Source: Macrostomum lignano
Lineage: Eukaryota
Assembly (NCBI GenBank): GCA_002269645.1
Contig: NIVC01002264.1
Coordinates: 78,278 to 142,277 of the forward strand
Direction: 5' to 3'
DNA length: 64,000 bases
In this document: piece after piece, positions 23,128-35,999 of the stretch
Position numbering within the stretch: position 1 is the first letter of the stretch
Layout of the letters: every line of letters starts with the position of its first letter
The notes under the pieces: generated by a model
What the model saw: only the letters and a program-made list of their open reading frames with translations
Told to the model about the DNA's origin: nothing
Databases searched by the model: none
Translations under genes and position numbers: made by a program

Positions 23128-24387
23128 ATATTGAGTTTTGTCTTACTATTATCTGTTAAGAGTGCTTCTCTACCGCAATTCAAGTGAAGCTTTTTATCTA
23201 TTTGTTGCATTACTTCTCCTAGACTACTTCCAAGTAAGTGTTGAAACAAAATGGGATAACTGGAAATTTTCTAGGTCAGGCTATAGGCTATTTTAATCTT
23301 TATATTTATTATTCAATATGTATAATTAGGCTATAGATAGACAACAATGGCCAACCATAGTCTAATTTGACTAAAAATATAAGTCTAAATTTTGTCTAGG
23401 GTAAAATTACACTGGCCATGCAAATTTAATTTAGTTTTAGCTAGAAATGTTTGTTTAATGACTAACCTAAAAAACAATTTAAATTTCCATACACAAATAA
23501 TAAAGCTATAAGAATTGCCTATAGACAAATATACCAGGCTATCACAATATCATTTTAGAAAATCATTTGTACAAAAAGACAGCAAGCTCCCTTATTAGAG
23601 CCCTAAATATTTTTTAGAGTTCTAAATGCCATGAAACATTGATATCCTACTGCATGCTAGACCACCGTCAGATAGCAGACTAATTAGAAGATAAGCTATT
23701 TGCTTATCAAAATAGTCATAGTTATTCTCACTAATTAGTTGCACACAAGTAATTTTCTCTTTTGCGCAAGAGTGCCAAGGCTTGTAATTGATTTAATTTT
23801 TAACATTCTAAAAAATGGTGAAAAAATGACAAAAACATCATCTTATTAATAAATTATACCATATTTAGGGCTTCTAATAAGATTTTTAAGTTGAAAAAAT
23901 GGAAATATTAAATAAAACAGAAATTTCTCGCAGTTTGTGAATATAAGACTATAGAATTTCTAAAGCCATATGTGCAAAGGTATAAAGAGGCCATTGACTA
24001 ATATAAAGCAACTCAAATTCAAGTTTTAGTTAGTGCTATAGTCCCATTAAATATATTTTAAGTTCATTTCATGAAAAGCTTCAAAAACCACTAGAACATT
24101 TTGTTTTAGCTAATAGTTGCATTACAATATATACATCTTATTGAAAAGTTTTCAATAACACTTAGTTTATAAAAAAGTTGGTCAAGGAACAAAAATGATA
24201 TGACTATTTTTTAAGATTTTTTCTTACTTTTGTGGTGTATTTTCTGTAACAAGTGGAACTCTTCCTTTGGAGGAGAAAGGGGAAGGACTCCTATCACTAG
24301 AATTCCATTCCTTCAAATCTATCAGCTGAAACTCCATGACTTGAATCCCATCTTTCAAATCATTTCCAAATCCTCTATAAAGCCTTT

Positions 24388-25225
24388 TTGCTCTCTTATC
24401 TCTACAGTGTAGTCTCTTATCTCTCCTTTCTCATCTGCTCTCTTATCTCTAGTCTCTCATCTCTGCTCTCTCTTCTTTGCTATCTTATATCTAGTCTCTC
24501 CTCTCTCTCCTCTCATCTCTACTCCCTTATTTATCTCTTCTCCCTCATCTTTCATGTCTACTCTCTCCTGTCTCCTCTCTCATGTACTCTCTCAACTCTC
24601 AAACTCTCTTATCTATCATCTCTACTCTACCTTCTCTCTTTCTCTTCTTTTTCTCTCTTTTCTCTGCTTTTATTTTTAATATCTCCTATACACTCTTACC
24701 CTCCTTTCTTATATCCCATCTTTTTTCTCTCTTTTCTATCATCTCCTGTCTCCCTCTTCTCTCTTTTCTCTCCTCTCCATTCTCTCTTCTCTCCTTTCCT
24801 TTCTCCTCTCATCTTCTCCCCTCTCTTCTCTAATCTCTAATCTCTTCTCTTTTATTTTCTCACCCATCTTTCTCATCGCATCTCTTCTCTCTCCTCTCTG
24901 CACTCTCATTTTTTCTTTTTCTTTCTCCTTACTATTTTCTTATCTTACCTCTTTTATCTCTGATCTTTTATCTCTCCTATATTGTCTCTCCTCTCTCTCT
25001 CTCCTGTCATCTCTACTCCCCTATTTATCTCTTCTCCCTTGTCTTTTGTCTCTACTCTTTCTTCTCTTCTATTTCCTCTGTACGCTCTTATCCCTCCTCT
25101 TTTCTCTGCTACCTCAGATCTCCCCTCTTATCTGTAATCTGTCCTCAACTCCTCTCATATCTGCTTTCTTTTCTATCATCTCTCCACTCTTCTCTATTCA
25201 CTTTTCTCTTTACTCTCTTCTCTGA
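24388..25225. repeat. CT-rich low-complexity tract
   Basis: Almost purely pyrimidine on the plus strand, with degenerate TCTC repeats. Confidence 0.85.
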
Positions 25226-26720
25226 CTGACTGAAGGTGCCAAATCCATCGAAATCCTCTTTGTAAAACAGAGACCCACCAAAATCCTCTTTGCAAAACAG
25301 AGACCCACCAAAATCCTCTTTGCAAAACAGAAATCCTTTCCATAAAAATGGACTCAATCAAAATTTTTTTCTGACAAAAGAACTCAACTCTTAGGGTTCA
25401 ATGGTTAGGGTTAGGGTAAGAGCTGCACAGAGCTGCCTACATGTTAAAAGGCCCCAATAAGTAAAAATGGAACCAATTGAATCAATTGACTGTGCAACTT
25501 ATTCCTCAGTCAGTCAGTATCAGTCTCAGTTAAAGTTAACAAAATGATTGCATAATTTAAATCAACCATCCAATACACAGTGACCAACCCCTCTCCAATA
25601 TACAGCAACAAGTAAAAGTTGAACCCCTCCAACTTTGTCTCTGACCTATTGCAAAAATAAGTACAATCTTTGCAGAAAGTTAATAGTATGGAATCATTTT
25701 TTAAATGCTATGCTTTTAGTTTTAATATTTAAAGCAAGAAACTTATATCCCTGAACTCAGCTTTGCAAGCTCTTTTTAGCTCTTTCTCAAAGTTTAAAAC
25801 TTGAAGAACAGTTAGCATTTGAAATTTCCCAATTTTCTGACTGCTTTTCTGAGAGGCTTGCAAGTTTGTTGATTGAATTTAACTTGCCCAGCTAATATAA
25901 AGGCCAATAATAAAACCAATTGAATCTTGACACTGTCCTATCTATTTGTTTACATTGTATATTGCTATCTACACTTAGCCCAAGCCCAACCCACCCATTC
26001 TGGGAGAATCAATAAATTAACTGCATCCCTAACATGCGGGGGCTTTATTTCCAGTGAACGCAAAAAATGTGCACCCATCCCCCCCCAATATAAAGGACCT
26101 GCGATGAGATAAAGAGGGTTTTTTTTATAAACTGGCTACAGCCCCAAGCAGTGTGGCCAAAGAAGGTTATTAGGGGTTAAAAAAAGCAGTTTTCTGCTAT
26201 GTTTTGATGCTGACTTGCTAGTATTGTAGGAGTTCACTTGCAACATACAGACAGACAAACATCGCGTCAGTTTTAGTATATACAGAGACAATATTTAGAT
26301 ATATTGTTAAAAACATGTTAATAAATATATATGAATGTTTAAATTAAAAAATTAATTACTTAATTAAAAAATTAAAATCACCAAATCATCATTTATAATA
26401 AAATCATCATTTTATTTAAAATCAAATTATAAATAATAATTTTTTTTATAAATTTTATACAATCTTTTTATTTTATATAATCTTTTTATTTAAATAATAA
26501 ATAAATAAATAAATAAAAAGTAAGTAAAAAAATATTTTTTTATTAAAACATTTATGTATTTTTTATTAACATAAATATAAGTGCTATATATTTTAATAAA
26601 AAAAGTTATACATACAAATAAAAAAATTGAAAATTTCAAAAATATATAGCACTTTTAACATACTTTGCCATTTGTAGCATATTTGCACTTTTTAAGTAGA
26701 AAATTTCTTTAGCTTTGATA

Positions 26721-29689
26721 CTAGCAATCTTCGCCCCCCGTTGGGGGACATCTGTATAGAATCTCTGTTCTCTACAAGTAATAAGAAAATAGCCAAATAA
26801 AGCTTTCACAAAGAAAACAGACAAACTACTCAAATGAAGTGCAATGCAAAAAGAAATCATCCCAAGACAGCAAGCATCCCCCAGATAGCAAGCATCCCCC
26901 AGATTGCAAGCATCCCCCAGATAGCAAGCATCCCCCAGATTGCAAGCATCCCCCAGATAGCAAGCATCCCCAGATAGCAAGCATCACCCAAATAGCAAGC
27001 ATCCCCAGATAGCAAGCATCCCCCAGATAGCAAGCATTACCCAAATAGCAAGCATCCCCCGGATAGCAAGCATCCCCAGATAGCAAGCATCACCCAAATA
27101 GCAAGCATCCCCAGATAGCAAGCATCCCCCAGATAGCAAGCATCACCCAAATAGCAAGCATCCCCAGATAGCAAGCATCACCCAAATAGCAAGCATCCCC
27201 AGATAGCAAGCATCCCCTAGATAGCAAGCATCACCCAAATAGCAAGCATCCCCAGATAGCAAGCATCCCCCAGATAGCAAGCATCCCCCACATAGCAAGC
27301 ATCCCCAAGATACAAGCTAGCAAGCATCCCCTAGATAGATAGCATCCCCAAAAAGCAAGCATCCACCAGACAATAAGTAGCTAGTGCGACGATTTCCTTA
27401 GCATTATAGTGGCTCCTTTAAAATTCGCTCACTTTTATGTTTGAAATTGTGTATCTTTTATGTTTGACGTGGTGGCTCTTTTATGTTTGAAATGAAGTGA
27501 CTTATATGTTTGACATGGTGAATATTTTAAATGTTTTACAGGTTGGCTCTTTAATTTTCAACATGGTGGCTCTTTTATGTTCGACATAGTGGCTCCTTTA
27601 TGTTCGACATGGTGGCTCCTTTATGTTCGACATGGTGGCTCTTTTATATTAGACATGGTGGCTCTTTTATGTTCTACATGGTGGCTCTTTTATGTTCAAC
27701 ATGGTGGCTCCTTTATGTTCGACATGGTGGCTCTTTTATATTAGACATGGTGGCTCTTTAATTTTCAACATGGTGGCTCTTTTATGTTCTACATGGTGGC
27801 TCCTTTATGTTCGACATGGTGGCTCTTTTATATTAGACATGGTGGCTCTTTAATGTTCTACATGGTGGCTCTTTTATGTTCGACATGGTGGCTCTTTTAT
27901 GTTTGAAATAAAGTCTCTTATATGTTCGACATGGTGGCTCTTTAATGTTCAACACAATGGCACTTTAATGTTTGATATGGTGGCTCTTTAATGTTTGACA
28001 TGGTAGCTCTTTAATGTTCAACATGGTGGCTCCTTTATGTTCGACATGGTGGCTCTTTTATATTAGACATGGTGGCTCTTTAATGTTCTACATGGTGGCT
28101 CTTTTATGTTCGACATGGTGGTTCTTTTATGTTCGACATGGTGGCTCTTTTATGTTTGAAATAAAGTCTTATATGTTTGACATGGTGGCTCCTTAATGTT
28201 CTACATGGTGGCTCTTTAATGTTAGACATGGAGTCACATATGCTTTACATGGTGGTTCTTTTATGTTTGACACGGTGGCTCTTTAATGTTCGACATGGTG
28301 GCTCTTTAATATTCCACATGGTGGCTGTTCTATGTTTGACATGGTGGCTCTTTTATGTTTGACATGGTGGCTCTTTAATGTTCGCCATGGTGGCTCTTCT
28401 ATGTTTGATATGGGGGCTCTTTAATTTTTGACATGGTGGCTCCTTAATGTTCCACATGGTGGCTCTTTAATGTTGGACATGGAGTCATTTATGCTTGACA
28501 TGGTGGCTCTTCTATGTTCGACATGGTGGCTATTTTATGTTTAAAGTGATAGCTCTTAAATTTTTGGCCATGGAGTCACGTATATGTTTGACATGGAGTC
28601 ACTTATATGTTTGACATGGTGGTCCTTCTATGTTTGAAATGGTGGCTCTTTAATGTTTGATATGGTGGCTCCTTAATTTTAGACATGGTGGCTCTTCTAT
28701 GTTTCACATGGTGGTTCTTCTATGTTTGATATGGTGGCTCTTTAATGTTCGACATGGTGGCTCTTTAATGTTTGGCATGGTGGCTCTTTAATGTTTGGCA
28801 TGGTGGCTCTTTTATGTTCGACATGGTGGCTCTAATGTTTGACATGGTGACTCTTTAATGTTTGACATGGTGGCTCTTTAATGTTTGACATGGTGGCTCT
28901 TTAACATTTGGCATGGTGGCTCTAATGTTTGACATGGTGGCTCTTTATGTTTGGCATGGTGCTGCTTTTATGTTTGACATGGTGGCTCTTAAATGTTTGA
29001 CATGGTGGCTCTTTAATGTTTGGCATGGTGGCTCTTTAATGTTCGACATGGTGGCTCTTTAATGTTCGACATGGTGGCTCTTCTATGTTTGACATTGCGC
29101 TTCTTTTATGTTTAGCATTTTGTGTTTTTAAGGTGTTTTAATAAAAAATTTTGCACTACTAAGATTCGAACCCAGGTTGCCACATTAGCAGTCAGTCTGC
29201 TCGCATCTAGGCTATCTGTTTTTAATTTGAGAACATGAATTGTGGCCCTTATAATTCAATACTTACAGCAAGTCAATTGGAGTAAAAAGTTATGACATAA
29301 TCAATTTCTCAGTCAGCCAGTATCAGTTTCAATTTAAGTTGGCAATATGGTTACGCAATTTCATTCAAGTCGTGTGTGCATTTCTTTGGCACTGTTTTCA
29401 ACTTGTTGTGATGCAATCTTTATCACAATTGGAATTCAGCCAGTCAGTTTTTTCTCTAGCATTCTTACAATGCATTCTAGGTCAAAAGAGCTGCTTGACC
29501 TTTGCAAAAAAGCATGTTTTTCGAATATTTAATCCCTTTAAAATTGAGCAATTTCTTAGCCAAGATGCATGTACCGTCCCAGGAAAATTTCTGATCGAAT
29601 GGTGCAAGTTTGAAGAAAATTGGTTGAGCCGTTTTTTCTGAAATCTATCTCACACATACACACAGACATTTCATTTTTAGTATATAGGA
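26721..29689 (-). mobile_element. Non-autonomous Helitron, copy 1
   Basis: Minus strand: A|TCCTATATACTAAAAATGAAATG... to ...TCCCCC-AAC-GGGGGGCGAAGATTGCTAG|T. It has 5' TC, a 3' hairpin plus CTAG, an A|T target and no TSD. Internal arrays of 17-18 bp (26865-27370) and 21-23 bp (27465-29100). Confidence 0.8.
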
Positions 29690-29694
29690 TATAG

Positions 29695-32212
29695 CTAGCA
29701 ATCTTCGCCCCCCGATGGGGGACATCTGGATAGAATCTCTGTTCTCTACAAGTAACAAAAAGACAGCCAAAAATCCTTCAAAAAGACAACAAACAAACTG
29801 CTCAAATGAAGTGCATTGCAAAAAGAAATCATCCCAAGACCACAAGCATCCCCCAGATAGCAAGCATCCCCAAGATAGCAAGCATCCCCCAGATAGCAAG
29901 CATCCCCCAGATAGCAAGCATCCCCAAGATAGCAAGCATCCCCCAGATAGCAAGCATCCCCAAGATAGCAAGCATCCCCCAGATAGCAAGCGTCCCCCAG
30001 ATAGCAAGCATCCCCCAGATAGCAAGCATCCCCCAGATAGCAAGCATCCCCCAGATTGCAAGCATCCCCCAGATAGCAAGCATCCCCCGGATAGCAAGCA
30101 TCCCCCAGAAAGCAAGCATCCCCCAGATAGATAGCATCCCAAAGATAGCAAGCATCCCCCAGATAGCAAGCATCCCCAAGATAGCAAGCATCCCCCAGAT
30201 AGCAAGCGTCCCCCAGATAGCAAGCATCCCCCAGATAGCAAGCATCCCCCAGATAGCAAGCATCCCCCAGATTGCAAGCATCCCCCAGATAGCAAGCATC
30301 CCCCAGATAGCAAGCATCCCCCAGATAGCAGGCATCCCCTAGATAGCAAGCATCCCCCAGATAGCAAGCATCCCCCAGATAGCAAGCATCCCCCAAGATA
30401 GCAAGCATCCCCCAGATAGCAGGCATCCCCAAGATAGCAAGCATCCCCCAGATAGCAAGCATCCCCAAGATAGATAGCATCCCCAAGATAGCAAGCATCC
30501 CCCAGATAGCAAGCATCCCCAAGATAGATAGCATCCCCAAATAGTAAGCATCCACCAGACAATAAGTAGCTAGTGCGACAATTTCCTTAGCATTATAGCG
30601 GCTCCTTTAAAATTCGCTTACTTTTACGTTTGAAATTGTGTATCTTTTATGTTTAACAGGGTGGCTCTTTTATGTTATACATTGTGGCTCTTTTATGTTA
30701 TACATTGTGGCTCTTTAATGTTCGACATGGTCGCTCTTTAATGTTCGACATGGTGGCTCTTTTATGTTCAACATGGTGTCGCTTCAATGTTTGACATGGA
30801 GTTACGTATATGTTTTACATGGTGGCTCTTTTATGTTCGACATGGCGTCATGTATATGTTTGACATGGTAGCTCTTGAATGTTCAACATGGAGTCATGTA
30901 TATGTTTGACATGGTGGCTCTTTAATGGTCGACATGGTGGCTCTTTAATGTTTGACATAGTGTCTCTTTAATGTTTGACATGGAGTCATGTAGATGTTTG
31001 CCATGGTGGCTCTTTTATGTTTTGCATGGTGGCTCTTTTATGTTCGACATGGCGTCTCTTCAATGTTTGACATGGAGTCATGTATATGTTTGACATGGTG
31101 GCTCTTGTATTTTTAACATGTTGGCTCTTTAATGTTCGACATGGTGGCTCTTCAATGTTTGACATGGAGTCATGTATATGTTTGACCTGGTTGCTCTTTA
31201 ATGTTTGACATGGTGGCTCTTTAATGTTCGACATGGTGGCTCTTTTAGGTTTGAAATGGTGGCTCTTTAATGTTTGACATGGTGGCTTTTTAATGTTCGA
31301 CATGGTGGCTCTTTTATGTTCGACATGGCGTCATGTATATGTTTGACATGGTAGCTCTTGAATGTTCAACATGGAGTCATGTATATGTTGGACATGGTGG
31401 CTCTTTAATGTTCGACATGGTGGCTCTTTAATGTTCGACATGGTGGCTCTTTAATGGTCGACATGGTTGCTCTTTAATGTTCGACATGGTGGCTCTTTAA
31501 TGTTCGACATGGTGACTCTTTAATGGTCGACATGGTGGCTCTTTAATGGTCGACATGGTGGCTCTTTAATGTTTGACATGGTGGCTCTTTAATGTTTGAC
31601 ATTTTGCTTTCTTGTGTTTAGCATTTTGTGTTTTTAAGGTTTTTGAATAAAAAATCTTTTTGCACTACTAAGATTCGAACCCAGGTCGCAGCATTAGCAG
31701 TCCAGTCTGTTCGCATCTATGCTATCTCTTGTCAATTGGAGTACATGAATTGTGGCCCTTATAATTCAATTCTTATAGCAAATCGGTTAGAGTAAAAAGT
31801 TATGACATAATCAATTTCTCAGTCAGCCAGTATCAGTGTCAATTTAAGTTAGCAATATTGGTTACGCAATTTAAATCAAGTTTTGTGTGCATTTGTTTGG
31901 CACTGTTTTCAACTGGTTGTGATGTAATCTTTATCACAATTGGAATTCAGTCAGTCAGTTTTTTCTCTAGCATTCTTACAATGCATTTCAGGTCGAAAGA
32001 GCTGCTTGACCTTTGCAAAAAAGCATGTTTTTCGAATATTTAATCCCTTTAATATTGAGCAATTTCTTAGCCAAGATGCATGTACCGTCCCAGGAAAAGT
32101 TTTGATCAAATGGTGCAAGTTTGAAGAAAATCGGTTGAGCCATTTTTTCTGAAATCTATCGCATACCTACCTACCTACCTACCCACAGACAACTCATTTT
32201 TAGTATATAGGA
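29695..32212 (-). mobile_element. Non-autonomous Helitron, copy 2 (head-to-tail with copy 1)
   Basis: Same termini (A|TCCTATATACTAAAAATG at 32212; hairpin plus CTAG at 29695-29698) and the same internal order, with arrays at 29840-30560 and 30650-31605. Separated from copy 1 by 5 bp. Confidence 0.8.
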
Positions 32213-32517
32213 TTCTTCAAGAATTGCATTTAATATTATATATCATTTAAATTTAAAAAAAACAAGATTCCTTCTTATCCATTTTTCTAGTTCAGTCTGT
32301 TTACTCTATTACATTCTATTTTAAATAGTTTATTTTAAATACTGTCTTTGCTTCTTAAAAATTTTCAAAGCACTTGTTTAATTTCATATGAATTTTATCT
32401 AAAATATATTTAAAAGTGGCAAATGTGGTTTTATTATTTAAAAGCAAAGAAGTTTTATTTAACTTGTTTATTTTTGTTGTTTATTTTTTCATTTAATTTC
32501 ATAGATATAATATATGG

Positions 32518-33106
32518 CCATAGTCAGGATCATGTCATGGTATACGCCGGAATAAAAAGTCCCCTAAAAAAATCTATGCCATTTCATACTGAAACGTACG
32601 CCAAGGTCCTAGGAACTTACGCCAGGTTTTCTAGGCTTTGCGACAATAAATGACCTTTTTTGCGTGTTACACATTTTTCTTCAAATAAATTATTTAAAAA
32701 AATATGTGGTTTTCATTAAAAGTAAATTGGCTTATAGAAAATGCCAACAAAAATCAATTTTTTGTTTAAGTTTTTTAGAAAATTACACGATTAGTTTGCG
32801 TGGAATTTTAAATTTTTATTAATCCCGAATAGTTATGAACTTTCATCTTACGAGTTTTACGGTTTTTATGATTTTATAATAAGATTCTGAGGTTACGGTG
32901 TTATGCCAACAATTGTTAATATTAACTTTGGCATGAAGGTTGGAGTTGGCATGCGTTGCTTGGCATATTTACACCACGGCGTCACACCAAAAGGAATGCC
33001 AAATATATTTTGCCTCATTTTTTATGCCAATTGTATGCCAAAAAAAGTAAAATTTTCAATTGTACGCCAGAAATTTCTGGCGTAATGTACATCATCCTGA
33101 CTATGG
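32518..33106. mobile_element. MITE with CCATAGTCAGGAT TIRs and an 8-bp TSD
   Basis: TIRs CCATAGTCAGGAT..ATCCTGACTATGG; TSD ATATATGG at 32510-32517 and 33107-33114. Confidence 0.88.
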
Positions 33107-33250
33107 ATATATGGGACCTAATCTACATATAGAAACACAGGCATATAATAGGCCTATAGAAAAAACTCTATAGCCTAAAAAAATAAGACAATTAAATAGA
33201 AGAGAAATAAACAACATAAATTTTCCAACATCTCTGCAATGGGATCTTGG

Positions 33251-33914
33251 CCATACTCAGGAAGGTGGCCTGCACGTGGGAATTTTCCCGCGTGCACAAG
33301 CCACGCTAAAATGTTGGCGTGCGAATAGGGGTCTCAAGCCACGCTTAAATTTTCAGTGTACAAGTTTTTTACTTGGCGTGTAACCTTGGCGTGCAATTAC
33401 AAACTGACAGTATATCAACAAGTCAGATATAGATGTATACACTATATATATACAATATATAAAGTTAAACGTGAACAATTGAATTTGAATATTGATTAAA
33501 CCAACTAGTTGAGGCTATAGCCTAGCCTACAGCCAGGCCTACACTCTACAGCCTACATTAAAATTAAAATATCCAATAACTTTTAAACGCTCTTATTTTG
33601 TGACTCTTGTAGACTTTTAGTTTATTTGTTTCCTGAAATGTGAAGAAAAAGTTTTTGATACTCACTATGTTCTTTGTAGCGAATTTCCTTTTTTTATATA
33701 AACTTTGTTTAACGTAAGTAGAAAATTTATTTAAAAATAGTATCTAATACGGTATACACAATTTTTGGCGTACATGATTTTTGGTATTCAAGATTTTTGG
33801 CGTGCAACAGAAATGTCACGTTAAGGGTTTTTAAAAATTGGCGTACATTGGCGTGCACCAAGGATTTTTCCATAAATTGATTCCCGCGTGCATTTGCCAC
33901 CTTCCTGACTATGG
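33251..33914. mobile_element. Related MITE with CCATA(C/G)TCAGGAAGGTGGC TIRs and an 8-bp TSD
   Basis: 19-bp TIRs with one mismatch; TSD GATCTTGG at 33243-33250 and 33915-33922. Confidence 0.88.
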
Positions 33915-35999
33915 GATCTTGGTAGACATTCCTAAGTGTAAGCCTATGGGCCATAGGCCTACTCCCAAAGATGCTGTTTTGTGAGGAAAATTCTTGCGTA
34001 CAAGGTTCCAGGCAGTCTAGTACTATATGCATAGCATATAGCAAGGAGTTAGAAAAGTTTTTTTGCAATGTTTTGCACAATAGTGCCACATTTAAAGTTT
34101 TTTTGGCATCTCACCACTATCAGAGCTATGAATTTGCCACTAGAACTATGTCTCACAGGAATTTTTTAGGCCTTTAAAAACATTATATGATACTTTTTAA
34201 AAGAATTATTCTAAAATAATGATAAAATATGCAATGTTTTTAGTACTAGAAGGCAATATATTATTATTAAAATCACTACAATAAGCATTTCTTTAAGTGT
34301 TGCTTATTTGCTGTCTCTTGTTAAAAAAAATTGAATACTTCATCAGAAGACATTGTTTTATAGAATCAAACTTGAAGCTTCTATAGACCTAGCTGCCTTC
34401 TGCAGTTCAATGCCCCCAGTCCATTGGCAAATTAGTGAATTTAATGCAACCCTCCCACATGCAGTGTGCAAAGCAAAAAAATCTTGCATGCATAGTGCAT
34501 ACTCAAGACTACGGCCTATGCTTTGGAAAATTCTCATGCACCCTAGTTCTGACTTTTGATCACTTGGATACTTTAGATACTTATTAATGTTTAAAAATCT
34601 TATTTTAATATGTATTAATTCTTCAATTTCTAGTAGGCCTAGAAATTTTCTATTATATTTATATAATATTGCCCATGCCCATGCCATGGCATGCAATAAA
34701 GTAGGGCCTAACCTAAAGAAACAAAACTAAATTGCTAGGCCAAAAGCAACTAGAAGACTAATCCACACGTAAAAACTTGTATATTATGGCAGATAATTCC
34801 AGCGCTCATAAACAAAAAGTTTGCGCAAGGCGACGCACACTGCGCACATCATGGCACATGCACAGCAAAAGCTAATTAGAAAAATATACTATCGGCGTAA
34901 CAACTAAAAACTGATCAGAAAAATTTGGCACACAAGGGTGTGCACAAAATTCGTCGTTTAAGTACTGTGTGTAGTGCGAGAAATGGGCTTTTTTGTATAC
35001 TCGGATTGTATTATGTATTACAATCGATGAGTGCGCCACTTAAACAACGACCGCGGTCTTGAAAGTAGCTCGTAGTAGTAGTAGTAGTAAGTTTGGCTCA
35101 GGCGGGAAGCCTGTTTGGCCAGTATACGTCAGTGTATTAAATAAAAATTCAAGAGTAGAAGGAAAACCTTATGCATAAGTACGAGTTTTGCAATAATAAT
35201 AATAAATACAAATTTACGAAATTAAAATTAAAATTTAAAATAGTATTTCGAGGAAATTTTCAACGGATTTTAAGTTAACGCAATTTTAAACGTAATTTTT
35301 AGAATTATACAGAGTTTTAAACAATAACTGCGTATAAGAACAAAAAGTGTCAAATAAATATTTAAAATTTGTTTTGTTTTGCGTTTTTCGTTTTTCGGTT
35401 TATTCTCTGGCTGCGATTCACTGTTAGTGTTTTATGCACTTCATATTGCCAATAACAATTAACTCGGCGAAAAAATGTAATTATACGTCGCGCACAGCGC
35501 AAAAATATGCTTAAAAATACTCCGGTGCATGTGATACCTTCTTGAATGTGGCCATAGCAGTTAACAAAATAGTGAGAGGGGCCTAGTTTATCTGAAGCTA
35601 TAGTTTGGTTAGGTTGAGTAAGGTTTTTATATCCACACTATTGATCTTAGACATAGCTCCTATGGTCATTTCAACTGAGTTCATGATTGTTTTTTGAGTG
35701 AGCATTAACAATCCAAGTTAAGTGAAGCTACCTATTTAAACTAACACCGACCATATGTAGCAAGGAGCACAGTTTTAAAATATTTTATCTACAATTTTTT
35801 ATATTTTTGGGACAATTAATAATAATTTGTTATTTGATCATTTTGGCTTTTAATCATAGTTCCAAACTGTACGCTCGTATTGCTTCGGAAGACAATCTGC
35901 GTGTCAGCTTTTTGCCGACTTTTCTCCTTTTGATCTTAGGCTTTATGGACTTCAAGTGCATTTTGGTGTTGTTTCGATACTGGTATACCACAATTCTTG

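Larger units (their letters stand above)
22471..23179. mobile_element. Penelope-like element remnant: inverted (fold-back) pair of 5'-truncated 3' ends
   Basis: Near-perfect inverted arms of about 320 bp (22469-22787 and 22812-23135). 12-bp direct flanks TCAAGTGAAGCT at 22459-22470 and 23180-23191. Each arm starts with KPTLNVQ...LLVF*, like a PLE GIY-YIG endonuclease C-terminus, and ends in a pLTR hammerhead motif. Confidence 0.8.

Noticed and set aside
25403-25420. GGTTAGGGTTAGGGTAAG as an interstitial telomere
   Set aside because: Only two TTAGGG units, too short to be meaningful.
26218-26288. Possible third Helitron 5' end on the minus strand (TCTCTGTATATACTAAAAC..GTCTGTCTG)
   Set aside because: Similar start motif, but no A|TC boundary or matching 3' hairpin-CTAG could be fixed.
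29645-30562. GDACYL / GGCLLS / SKHPPD repeat proteins
   Set aside because: Open in several frames on both strands because they are the 17-18-bp array inside a Helitron.
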